64,000 bases of DNA from an uncultured Alphaproteobacteria bacterium (lineage in GTDB: Bacteria > Pseudomonadota > Alphaproteobacteria > HIMB59 > GCA-002718135), in the NCBI GenBank assembly GCA_902616075.1, contig CACMRK010000005.1:16236-80235 (forward strand), given 5' to 3'. This document shows positions 34,030-43,190 of this stretch, in pieces. Both the position numbers and the translations under genes were made by a program. Position 1 is the first letter of the stretch. The number at the start of each line of letters is the position of its first letter. The notes below the pieces were generated by a model. That model made no database searches, had not been told where the DNA came from, and was given only the letters and a program-made list of their open reading frames with translations.

Positions 34030-34367
34030 AAAAAATTGAAGCAATCATTAAACCATTTAAACTTTCTCAGGTTAAAGAAGCTCTCCATGAAATTGGAATA
34101 TCTGGAATGACTTTAATTGATGTTAAAGGTTTTGGTAGACAAAGAGGGTCTACAGGAGGAATGGATGCTAGTGATCCTTATGATGATGAATTTTTGGCTA
34201 AAATGAAATTAGAAGTAATTGTAGAGGACAAGCAAGTTGATGATGTGTTAGAATCAATAAAAACTAGTGCTTATTCTGGGAAAATTGGCGATGGTAAGAT
34301 TTTTGTATCAAATATAGAGCAAGTAATAAGAATAAGAACTGGTGAAAAAGACAGTGATGCTGTCTAA
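34026..34367 (+). CDS. glnB: nitrogen regulatory protein PII with divergent T-loop
   Basis: MKKIEAIIKPFKL, KGFGRQ, GKIGDGKIFV, RIRTGE; upstream of glnA. Confidence 0.93.
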   Translation: MKKIEAIIKPFKLSQVKEALHEIGISGMTLIDVKGFGRQRGSTGGMDASDPYDDEFLAKMKLEVIVEDKQVDDVLESIKTSAYSGKIGDGKIFVSNIEQVIRIRTGEKDSDAV

Positions 34368-34408
34368 TTTTTCTTTACTTTTTTATAAAAGCTAGTAATT
34401 AAATAATA

Positions 34409-34459
34409 ATCGTTCAACTCTTTTAGAGTCGGAAGTAGGCATTGTGCCGAAGGAACGCA
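34409..34459 (+). ncRNA. glutamine riboswitch aptamer 1 (glnA motif)
   Basis: P1 CGTTC/GAACG, P2 ACTCT/AGAGT, conserved CGGAAGTA, P3 GGCA/TGCC, E-loop GAAG. Confidence 0.92.
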
Positions 34460-34473
34460 TGCAAAAGTTATAA

Positions 34474-34527
34474 ATCGTTCAACCTACATTTGTAGGTCGG
34501 AAGTAAGCTTTAAGCTGAAGGAACGCG
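34474..34527 (+). ncRNA. glutamine riboswitch aptamer 2 (glnA motif)
   Basis: P1 CGTTC/GAACG, P2 ACCTAC/GTAGGT, CGGAAGTA, P3 AGCT/AGCT, GAAG; stems differ from copy 1 but still pair. Confidence 0.92.
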
Positions 34528-34613
34528 CATCAAAAGCAGATTTCATAACTAGAGCATGATTTAACCGGGTTACGCTGGATAGCATACCCTATTGTTGAAG
34601 TAAGGAGATAGAT

Positions 34614-36044
34614 ATGAAATTAAAAAGCTCGACTCCAAAAGATTTGATGTCTGAAATTAAAGATATGGACATTAAAATGGTTGATATGCGCTTTACTGAT
34701 ATACCAGGAACAACTCAACATTTTACAATACCAATTAAATTTTTAGACGAAGATATATTTGCTGACGGACTCGGTTTTGATGGATCTTCAGTAAGAGGTT
34801 TCCAAGAAATTCAAGACAGTGATATGATTGTTTTGCCAGATGCAACAACTGCATATATTGATCCATTTTTTTCAGAAAAAACTTTAGCATTACATTGTAA
34901 TATTAAAGATCCTGTAACTTTGGTTGATTATAGTCGTGATCCAAGAAATATTGCAAAAAAAGCAGAAGCATATTTAAAATCATCTGGTATTGGTGACACA
35001 GCATTTTTTGGACCAGAAGCAGAATTTTTTGTGTTTAATAATGTTCAGTTTGATTCTGGATCAAACTTTGCGTTTCACGAAGTTGATTCTGTTGAAGGTA
35101 CTTGGAATAGTGGTGCCGATGAAAATCCAAACTTAGGGCATAAACCTAGACATAAAGAAGGTTATTTTCCTTTACCACCAGTTGATACACTTCAAGATGT
35201 ACGAACTGAAATGGTAATGACAATGCAAGACATTGGTCTTACTGTTGAAGCACATCACCATGAAGTTGCAACAGGCGGACAGTGTGAAATTGATTTAGAA
35301 TTTTCACCACTTTTGAAGATGGCTGATGATATGATGAAATATAAGTACGTAGTTAAAAATGTTGCTAGACAACATGGTATGACTGCTACTTTTATGCCTA
35401 AACCTTTATTCGAAGATAATGGTTCAGGTATGCACGTACATCAAAGTGTTTGGAAAGACGGTGACACACTAATGTATAAAGAAGGTAACTATGCTAACCT
35501 TAGTGATTTAGCTCTGAACTATATTGGAGGTATTCTTAAGCATGCACCAGCTCTTTTAGCTTTCTGTGCACCTACTACTAACTCTTATAAAAGATTGGTA
35601 CCAGGCTTTGAAGCTCCAGTGAATATTGTTTACTCTCAAAGAAATAGAACTGCATCTGTCAGAATTCCTGCTTATTCTCAAAGCCCTAAGGCAAAAAGAA
35701 TGGAATTTAGATGTCCAGATCCAAGCGCAAACCCATACCTAGCATTCTCCGCAATGTTAATGGCAGGATTAGATGGAATTAAAAATAAAATTAATCCTGG
35801 TGATCCAACAGATATAAATCTCTACGCTGCTAGCGATGAAGTTTTATCTAAAATTCAATCTACGCCTGGATCTTTAGCTGAATCTCTTGAAGCTCTTGAA
35901 AAAGATCATGCATTTTTATTAGAGGGTGATGTATTCACCAAAGATGTAATTGAAACTTATATTAGCTATAAAAAAGAGAGTGAGGTTGACCCTATTAATA
36001 TTAGACCTCATCCACACGAGTTCAAATTATATTACGACGTTTAA
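34614..36044 (+). CDS. glnA: glutamine synthetase type I (GSI-beta)
   Basis: [46 protein letters not shown]; TAAGGAG RBS. Confidence 0.98.
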   Translation: MKLKSSTPKDLMSEIKDMDIKMVDMRFTDIPGTTQHFTIPIKFLDEDIFADGLGFDGSSVRGFQEIQDSDMIVLPDATTAYIDPFFSEKTLALHCNIKDPVTLVDYSRDPRNIAKKAEAYLKSSGIGDTAFFGPEAEFFVFNNVQFDSGSNFAFHEVDSVEGTWNSGADENPNLGHKPRHKEGYFPLPPVDTLQDVRTEMVMTMQDIGLTVEAHHHEVATGGQCEIDLEFSPLLKMADDMMKYKYVVKNVARQHGMTATFMPKPLFEDNGSGMHVHQSVWKDGDTLMYKEGNYANLSDLALNYIGGILKHAPALLAFCAPTTNSYKRLVPGFEAPVNIVYSQRNRTASVRIPAYSQSPKAKRMEFRCPDPSANPYLAFSAMLMAGLDGIKNKINPGDPTDINLYAASDEVLSKIQSTPGSLAESLEALEKDHAFLLEGDVFTKDVIETYISYKKESEVDPINIRPHPHEFKLYYDV

Positions 36045-36062
36045 AATTAAACTTATTTCTAT

Positions 36063-36088
36063 AAAAACCGCCTTATGGCGGTTTTTTT
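36063..36088 (+). terminator. intrinsic terminator after glnA
   Basis: AAAAACCGCC-TTAT-GGCGGTTTTTTT. Confidence 0.9.
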
Positions 36089-36125
36089 CATGTTTTTAGA
36101 ACAACACTTTTGATATGAAATATTA

Positions 36126-38060
36126 GTGGCTAAAAAATCTACTTATAATGCCAAGGATATTGAAGTACTAGAAGGACTCGAACCTGTTCGTAAAAGACCA
36201 GGAATGTATATTGGAAGCACAAACCAAGATGGCCTTCATCATTTAGTTAATGAGGTATTAGATAATAGTATAGATGAAGTTTTAGCAGGTCATGCAACTG
36301 AAATAAGTTTTAAATATAAAAAAGATGGTTGGATAAAAATAAAAGATAATGGAAGAGGTATTCCTATTGATTTTCATCCGAAATATAAAAATAAAAGAGC
36401 GCTTGAGGTAGTTTTAACTACACTTCACGCGGGTGGTAAGTTTAACAGCAATGCCTACAAAACTTCTGGCGGATTACACGGTGTTGGGATTTCTGTTGTA
36501 AATGCACTAAGCTCTTTATTAAAAGTTCAAGTCTTCAAAGATGGAAAAGTATATCAACAAGATTATTCGAAAGGGAAAGTTAAAACAAAAATAAAAATTG
36601 AAAAATGTAGCAAAAAATTAAAAGGTACAGAAATTTCTTTTATCCCAGATGAAAGTATATTTGAAGAAACACAATTTGTTCCAAAAAAATTATATAATTT
36701 TATAAATATGAAATCAGTATTAGTTGGAGGCACAACCATCAACTTTGAAATTGATAAAGAATTAATTAAAGATAAAACCCCTAACAAAATAAGTTTTTTT
36801 TATAAAAAAGGGATTGAAGATTATTTTCAATTAGAATACGCAAACAACTCTAAATTATTTGAAAAAAATTTTTTATTGAAATCAATAATTAAAGATAATG
36901 AAAATTTTGAAACATTAATTTCATTTAATTCTAATGAAACTTCAAGTTTAATGTCATATTGTAACACTATTGAAACACCAGATGGTGGCTCTCACGAAAA
37001 TGGTATTCGTAATGGAATTTTAAAAGCTGTAAAACTTTATGGTCAAAAAAATCAATTTTCAAAAGTAGGTAATATCAATCACAGTGATATTTTTGATTAT
37101 TCTAACGTTATTATTTCTATCTTTATTAATGAACCAAGTTTTGAAGGTCAAACTAAAAAAAGAATAATAATGCCAAATTTACAAAAAGAAATTGAAACAA
37201 AAACACAACAAGAATTTTTATTATGGTTAAATGCTAATAAGAAAAATTCAAAAATACTTTTAGATAATTTAATTGAAAGAGCGCTTCAGAGAACTGATTT
37301 ATCAAAAATTAAAGAGTTAGATAGAAAAAGTATTAAAGAGAGAAATCGTCTTCCAGGTAAATTGGTAGATTGTTCAAGTAAATCTATAAAAGATTCAGAG
37401 ATTTTTATTGTTGAAGGCGACAGTGCTGGAGGGTCTGCTAAGCAAGCAAGAAATAGAGAATTTCAAGCAATACTTCCTTTGAGAGGTAAAATATTAAATG
37501 TTTATAATGTTGGGTTATCTAAAATTGCTGATAACAATGAAATACAAAATCTTATTCAATCGTTAGGTTGTGGTATTGGAAAAAATTTTGAAATTTCAAA
37601 ACTTAGGTATGAGAAAATAATTTTAATGACTGATGCGGACGTAGATGGTTCACATATTGCAACTCTACTTATTACTTTTTTTTATAAATATATGAAAAGT
37701 TTAATTGATGAAAATAAACTATATCTAGCAATGCCTCCCTTATTTAAAATTTATAACAAAAATAAATCTTTTTACGCATATGATGAAAAAGAGAAAGATA
37801 AATTAATTGAAAAAGAATTTAAGTCTGACAATTATAACATTACAAGATTTAAAGGTTTGGGTGAAATGCCAGCTGATCAATTGAAAGAGACTACAATGGA
37901 TCAAAACAAAAGAAATCTAATATTGATTAACTCTGAAAAAGCTAAGAAAGATATGAAGAATACCGAAAGTTTATTCGAAACCTTAATGGGAAAACAAGCA
38001 GAGTTACGTTTTAAATTTATTCAAAATAATGCTAACTTTATTAAAAATTTAGACGTCTAA
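36126..38060 (+). CDS. parE: DNA topoisomerase IV subunit B
   Basis: IEVLEGLEPVRKRPGMYIG, GLHGVGISVVNALS, VEGDSAGGS, DADVDG, RFKGLGEM; ends FIQNNA, 644 aa without the GyrB insertion. Confidence 0.88.
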   Translation: MAKKSTYNAKDIEVLEGLEPVRKRPGMYIGSTNQDGLHHLVNEVLDNSIDEVLAGHATEISFKYKKDGWIKIKDNGRGIPIDFHPKYKNKRALEVVLTTLHAGGKFNSNAYKTSGGLHGVGISVVNALSSLLKVQVFKDGKVYQQDYSKGKVKTKIKIEKCSKKLKGTEISFIPDESIFEETQFVPKKLYNFINMKSVLVGGTTINFEIDKELIKDKTPNKISFFYKKGIEDYFQLEYANNSKLFEKNFLLKSIIKDNENFETLISFNSNETSSLMSYCNTIETPDGGSHENGIRNGILKAVKLYGQKNQFSKVGNINHSDIFDYSNVIISIFINEPSFEGQTKKRIIMPNLQKEIETKTQQEFLLWLNANKKNSKILLDNLIERALQRTDLSKIKELDRKSIKERNRLPGKLVDCSSKSIKDSEIFIVEGDSAGGSAKQARNREFQAILPLRGKILNVYNVGLSKIADNNEIQNLIQSLGCGIGKNFEISKLRYEKIILMTDADVDGSHIATLLITFFYKYMKSLIDENKLYLAMPPLFKIYNKNKSFYAYDEKEKDKLIEKEFKSDNYNITRFKGLGEMPADQLKETTMDQNKRNLILINSEKAKKDMKNTESLFETLMGKQAELRFKFIQNNANFIKNLDV

Positions 38061-38063
38061 TTT

Positions 38064-39545
38064 ATGAAAAAATATTTTTTGGTAATAGATCAAGGAACAA
38101 CAAGCTCAAGAATTGTACTGTATAATAAAAAATTTGAAATATTCGATATTGTCCAAAAAGAATTTAAACAATATTTTCCCAATGAAGGATGGGTAGAACA
38201 TAATGCAATAGAAATTTGGGATGATGTTAGAAATTTAATTTCAAAAATATTAAGAAAAAATAAGTTAAATTCAAAAAATATAATTTCAATTGGAATTACC
38301 AATCAAAGAGAAACAACAGTTTTGTGGAATAAGAAAACTGGGAAACCAGTTTACAGAGCAATAGTCTGGCAAGATAGAAGAACAGCTAATCTTTGTGAAA
38401 ATTTAAAAAGAAAAGGGATTGATAAAAAAATTCAAAAAATAACTGGACTAGAGCTTGATCCATATTTTTCAGCTACTAAAATTAAATGGATTATTGATAA
38501 TGTAAAGGAAGTAAATAAGAATTTAAAAAATAATAATTTACTTTTTGGAACAATAGACACCTGGCTATTATGGAAATTAACCAAGGGAAAATCTCACCTA
38601 ACAGATATATCAAATGCCTCAAGAACCATGATTTTTGATTCTCAAAAAGAGCAGTGGTCTGACAAAATTTTAAAAATATTTAATATTCCAAAAAATATCT
38701 TACCAACTGTAGTTGAAAATGCATATGATTTTGGCTCTACTAAATTATTTGGTAATTCAATACCAATTGGAGGTATGGCTGGAGACCAACAGTCAGCAAC
38801 AATTGGTCAAGCTTGTTTTAAAAAAGGGCAATCAAAAAGTACATATGGTACAGGCTGTTTTCTTCTTATGAATATTGGAGAAAAATTTAAATTATCTAAA
38901 AATAGATTACTAACAACTATTGCTTTTAAAATAAATGGTAAAAAAATGTTTTGCTATGAAGGAAGTATATTTGTAGCAGGCTCTGCCATACAATGGCTTC
39001 GCGATAATTTAAAATTTATAAAAGATTCTAGTGAAACTGATAAATTGTATAAAAAAGCTAATAAAGATGAAAGTTTATTTTTTGTCCCAGCCTTAACTGG
39101 ACTTGGCGCCCCATATTGGAACCCTAATGCAAGAGGAACATTTTTTGGCATCACTAGAAATACGTCTAAAGAAGATATCATCAAAGCAACTTTGGACAGC
39201 CTATCTTTTCAAACTTATGAATTAATTGAGTGTATGGAAAAAGATTCTAAGACAAAGATTAGTGAAATAAGAGTTGATGGAGGTATGGTTAAAAATAATA
39301 GTTTTCTACAAAGTTTAGCTAATATTTCTCAAATTAAAATTATTAGACCTAGTAATGTTGAGACTACTTCACTTGGTGCAGCATATCTTGCAGCAATTCA
39401 ATCTGGATATTTAAAAAATACAAGCCAAATAAGTAAACTTTGGAAAAAAGATAAAACAGTAAAAGCAAATATTAACAAATCCATTTCAACTTCTAGTATT
39501 AGTAAGTGGAAATCAATTATAAATGTAGTCAATAATTTTTATTAA
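38064..39545 (+). CDS. glpK: glycerol kinase
   Basis: IDQGTTSSR, GITNQRET, WQDRRT, GDQQ, KSTYGTGCF, GLGAPYW. Confidence 0.95.
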   Translation: MKKYFLVIDQGTTSSRIVLYNKKFEIFDIVQKEFKQYFPNEGWVEHNAIEIWDDVRNLISKILRKNKLNSKNIISIGITNQRETTVLWNKKTGKPVYRAIVWQDRRTANLCENLKRKGIDKKIQKITGLELDPYFSATKIKWIIDNVKEVNKNLKNNNLLFGTIDTWLLWKLTKGKSHLTDISNASRTMIFDSQKEQWSDKILKIFNIPKNILPTVVENAYDFGSTKLFGNSIPIGGMAGDQQSATIGQACFKKGQSKSTYGTGCFLLMNIGEKFKLSKNRLLTTIAFKINGKKMFCYEGSIFVAGSAIQWLRDNLKFIKDSSETDKLYKKANKDESLFFVPALTGLGAPYWNPNARGTFFGITRNTSKEDIIKATLDSLSFQTYELIECMEKDSKTKISEIRVDGGMVKNNSFLQSLANISQIKIIRPSNVETTSLGAAYLAAIQSGYLKNTSQISKLWKKDKTVKANINKSISTSSISKWKSIINVVNNFY

Positions 39546-40350
39546 GATTTAACCAATTTGAAAGTTCTAAAGAATGGATTTCTTCATCAACTACATCATC
39601 ATATATATGTAATTCTTTTTTCTCAAGATTATCAGGGTTTTGTAAAATCATTTTTTCGTTTTCAAATTCTGATAAATTTTCATATACTTTTTGTTCCAAC
39701 AAAATATCTTTTCTCATTTCCATAAGTCCGGCCATCCATTTTGAATTAAATTCTGGATGGTATTGCACTGCCCAAACACTTGATTGATTTACTTCAAAAC
39801 TTATAGATTGGAATTGACTGATCTTATTTGAGGCTAGTACCTTAGTTTCTTTTGGAAGCTTTTCTGCTTCATCATAATGCCAACATAGTGCATTAAATGA
39901 TTTTTTTTTGTTTTTGTACATAGGATGAATTTCACCATCTTGATTTAATGTAATATTCTTAGCTAAAACTGCTTCAAGGCCATTTGGATTTTTTCTTACT
40001 TTACCTCCTGCAGCAGTTACTAAAACCTGAAGCCCCCAACAACTTCCAAATATTTTATTTTTTCTTTTAAATAATTCTTTAGCTAGCTCTATTTGATTTG
40101 TTATGGATTTTGTCATGTTATATATATTAAGTAAGCTTCCTGTCCAAGCAACCGCTTCGAAATCGTCAAGACTTATGCCTAAAGGAAGATAATTATTATG
40201 AACAGCAGGATGAATTGTTGTAATATTGATAGATGTACTAGAATATTTTTTTAAAATTTTTTCATATACTTGAAATTGAGTATCCATACCCAATTTTGTA
40301 TATCGATCAGAAGCTTCTTTTTCATTTCCATCGACTAATAATATGTTCAT
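39529..40350 (-). CDS. type 1 glutamine amidotransferase-like protein
   Basis: GSCWGLQ nucleophile elbow and QYHPE (Cys-His-Glu triad). Confidence 0.85.
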   Translation of the reverse strand: MNILLVDGNEKEASDRYTKLGMDTQFQVYEKILKKYSSTSINITTIHPAVHNNYLPLGISLDDFEAVAWTGSLLNIYNMTKSITNQIELAKELFKRKNKIFGSCWGLQVLVTAAGGKVRKNPNGLEAVLAKNITLNQDGEIHPMYKNKKKSFNALCWHYDEAEKLPKETKVLASNKISQFQSISFEVNQSSVWAVQYHPEFNSKWMAGLMEMRKDILLEQKVYENLSEFENEKMILQNPDNLEKKELHIYDDVVDEEIHSLELSNWLNLNKNY

Positions 40351-40393
40351 ATTTATCTTTATTTTTCATCTATCATGAAATATGTAAAACTTC

Positions 40394-41287
40394 ATGAAAA
40401 TTAAACTTGGTATCGCGCCTATTGCTTGGAGCAATGATGATATGCCAGAACTAGGAGGTGACACTCCTATTGAAAAGTGTTTAGAGGATGCAAGCACATC
40501 TGGATTTTCAGGTATTGAATTAGGTGGAAAATTTCCGAGAAATCCTGGAATAACAAAATATCTTTTAGGAAAATTTAGTTTAAAAATGCCAGGTGGTTGG
40601 TATGGCGCAATGCTTAGAGAAAGAAGTGTAAAAGAAGAATGGATAGCACTCCAAGATCATTTAAATTTATTAAAGTTAATTAATGCGGATGTTTTTGTTT
40701 TTGCTGATGTATCTGGATCAATCCAAGGCGATCAATCAAAAGCTCTTAGTAAAAGACCGATACTTGAAAAAGATGAATGGAATAGCTATTGCAAAAAAAT
40801 CAGTGAATTATCTGATATGCTGATGGATGAAGGAATGCCAATGTCGTATCATGAGCATATGGGAACTATTATACAGTCCGAGGAAGATGTAGATCGATTT
40901 ATGGATATGACAAATCAAAATACATTTTTGCTTTACGATACTGGACACTTAATGTTTGCCGAAGCAAATTACGAAAGAGTATTAAAAAATTATATTTCTC
41001 GAATTAACCATGTTCATTGTAAAGATATTAGAAAAGATGTTTTTTTAAAATCTATTAAAGATGACTTAAGTTTTAGAGAGTCTTTTTTAGACGGTGTTTT
41101 CACTGTTCCTGGAGATGGATGCATCGATTATGAACCATTAATTAAAATATTATTTGAAGAAAAGTATCAAAAATGGCTTATAATTGAAGCTGAACAGGAT
41201 CCTAAAAAAGCTAACCCACTTGAATATGCTAAAATTGGATATAATTACCTTTCATCTACATTAAAAAAAAATGGTTACACGCTTTAA
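40394..41287 (+). CDS. iolE: myo-inosose-2 dehydratase (IolE/MocC)
   Basis: GIAPIAWSNDD, YHEHMGT, DTGH, HVHCKD, FTVPGDG, EAEQDP. Confidence 0.92.
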   Translation: MKIKLGIAPIAWSNDDMPELGGDTPIEKCLEDASTSGFSGIELGGKFPRNPGITKYLLGKFSLKMPGGWYGAMLRERSVKEEWIALQDHLNLLKLINADVFVFADVSGSIQGDQSKALSKRPILEKDEWNSYCKKISELSDMLMDEGMPMSYHEHMGTIIQSEEDVDRFMDMTNQNTFLLYDTGHLMFAEANYERVLKNYISRINHVHCKDIRKDVFLKSIKDDLSFRESFLDGVFTVPGDGCIDYEPLIKILFEEKYQKWLIIEAEQDPKKANPLEYAKIGYNYLSSTLKKNGYTL

Positions 41288-41720
41288 AATTATACTCATA
41301 GTACTAACGTTGATTACGCCTACTATTTTGATGGGTCATAAAGTAACTTTAGAAGATAAATCTCTTGAAGAGATTGTTAATAATAGAATGGCTTTAATGC
41401 AACAAGTTAAAAGCACGTCATCTCAAATATTTAGATTGTTAAAAACTAATGATTATGAAGCAATTCTTGAATTAAACGAAACTTTGTTACACGCAGCATC
41501 GGATTTTAAAGATCACTATCCCGAAGGAAGTCAGCACAAAGGAGCTAGTGAAGAAATATGGAATGATAGAGAAACTTTTAATGAATTAAACGATAAGTTT
41601 GTTAGTGATATTGAAATGATTTCACTTAGTGCTGAACTAGAAGATAGTGAAATGTTAAATGATGCTTTTAAAGTAATGTCAGCAAATTGTGGGGCATGCC
41701 ATAAAAAATTTAGAAATTAA
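41271..41720 (+). CDS. class II cytochrome c (c'/c556)
   Basis: signal peptide, R..LM in helix A, IW motif, C-terminal CGACHKKFR. Confidence 0.88.
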   Translation: MVTRFKIILIVLTLITPTILMGHKVTLEDKSLEEIVNNRMALMQQVKSTSSQIFRLLKTNDYEAILELNETLLHAASDFKDHYPEGSQHKGASEEIWNDRETFNELNDKFVSDIEMISLSAELEDSEMLNDAFKVMSANCGACHKKFRN

Positions 41721-42427
41721 TTATTTAATCTTAAGTGTGGATTATATTTCCATTCTAAATATTTAACGAATTGTACCATTAAAAAATTTAAAAATAGATA
41801 AAGTATACCTGCAGCAATAAATGCTTCTACTGGCGCAAATGTTTTAGCCATTATCTTTCTGGCGATACCTGTCATTTCCATGTAGGTTGTCAGACTAACT
41901 AAAGAGGTTGCTTTAACCATTAGTATTAACTCATTACCGTAAGATGGTAAAACTTTTCGTATAGCTATAGGTAGTATAATTTTTCTTAAAAGTAAAAATT
42001 TTCCAAATCCTAGTGATAGACCAGATTCAACCTGACTTTTCTCAATTGATTGAATGCCGCCGCGAAAAATTTCTGCTCCATATGCAACAGTATTAATTGT
42101 AAGTGCTATTACCCCGCACCAAAAAGGTTCTTTTAATGCATACCACAAAAAACTTTCTCGAATAAGTTTTACAGAACCTAAACCGAAATAAATTAAATAT
42201 ATTTGAACAAGTAAAGGGGTTCCTCTAATGACAAAAATATAACTAGCAATTGTTCTTGATAATAATGTAATTTTAGAAACTCTTCCTAGAGCAAATAATA
42301 ATGCTAAAACAAAACCAAGTGGTAGTGAAATTAATAATAATAAAATTGTATTATCTAAGCCAGATAGGACCAAAAAGAAATTTTTATAAATAAGAGAATT
42401 TTGAATACTATTTAAAAATTCAATCAT
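41717..42427 (-). CDS. polar amino acid ABC permease (HisM/ArtM/OccM-like)
   Basis: RGTPLLVQIYLIYFGLG, AYGAEIFRGG, YGNELILMVKATSL. Confidence 0.9.
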   Translation of the reverse strand: MIEFLNSIQNSLIYKNFFLVLSGLDNTILLLLISLPLGFVLALLFALGRVSKITLLSRTIASYIFVIRGTPLLVQIYLIYFGLGSVKLIRESFLWYALKEPFWCGVIALTINTVAYGAEIFRGGIQSIEKSQVESGLSLGFGKFLLLRKIILPIAIRKVLPSYGNELILMVKATSLVSLTTYMEMTGIARKIMAKTFAPVEAFIAAGILYLFLNFLMVQFVKYLEWKYNPHLRLNN

Positions 42428-43131
42428 GTAGAAAATCCTTTTGAATAATTTACTTCTAGCGTTTTAAAAACCCTGCCAGAGATTGTTGTTAAACATAAAT
42501 ACAATATTGCAGCTGTTATTAAGAAAGTTAAAGGTGAATGCTCAACGTTAGAAGATATTCTAGATTGACGCATAATTTCAACAAGACCAGTTACAGAAAT
42601 GAGGGAAGTATCTTTAAGAGTTATTTGCCATACATTCCCTATTCCTGGTAAAGCATGTCTTATAACTTGAGGCGAAATAACTTTAAAAAAAATACTAAAT
42701 TTATTCATACCCAGTGCTCTAGCAGCTTCTATTTGACCCTTAGATATAGCCAAATAAGAAGCTCTTAAAACTTCACTGGAATATGTAGCTGATATTACTG
42801 CAATGGCAATTGTCGCAATTGTAAGTGCGTTTAGTTCTATATATTTATTATATCCAAATACTTTAGCTATACTCATAACAACAGCATTGCCGCCAAAGAA
42901 AATTAGATAAATAACTAATAATTCAGGAACACCTCTTATTACTGTTGTATAAAAATTTGCAATAAATCTTGTTATTCTGTTTTGTATTATCTTTGCCCAA
43001 ACTGTAATAATTGCTAAAAAAAGACCTAAACCCATTGATAAAATACTTACTAGTAGAGTCATGAGTGTTGCTATAAGAAATTCATCGCCCCACCCTGCAT
43101 CGCCAAATACAAGCTTATCAAATTTAAACAT
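42424..43131 (-). CDS. polar amino acid ABC permease (HisQ/ArtQ/OccQ-like)
   Basis: GWG, YTTVIRGVPELL, GQIEAARALG, ALPGIGNVWQ..LKDTSL. Confidence 0.9.
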   Translation of the reverse strand: MFKFDKLVFGDAGWGDEFLIATLMTLLVSILSMGLGLFLAIITVWAKIIQNRITRFIANFYTTVIRGVPELLVIYLIFFGGNAVVMSIAKVFGYNKYIELNALTIATIAIAVISATYSSEVLRASYLAISKGQIEAARALGMNKFSIFFKVISPQVIRHALPGIGNVWQITLKDTSLISVTGLVEIMRQSRISSNVEHSPLTFLITAAILYLCLTTISGRVFKTLEVNYSKGFST

Positions 43132-43190
43132 ATAAAAGTAAACAAGTAATGATGAAAAATATACTTGTCTACCTTCTAATATATGAAATT

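Noticed and set aside
34409-34527. Two spaced near-repeats resembling a mini CRISPR array
   Set aside because: Only two units, variable parts are internal paired stems, no cas genes; fully explained as glutamine aptamers
34552-34600. GCATGATTTAACCG resembles the 5' loop of a SAM-II/SAM-V riboswitch
   Set aside because: No closing P1 strand or downstream GCTAAA pseudoknot partner, and the context is glnA; more likely part of the glutamine riboswitch expression platform
36126-38060. Call as gyrB
   Set aside because: Length, lack of the proteobacterial GyrB insertion and the EVLEGLEPVR N-terminus fit ParE better; not formally excluded without a tree
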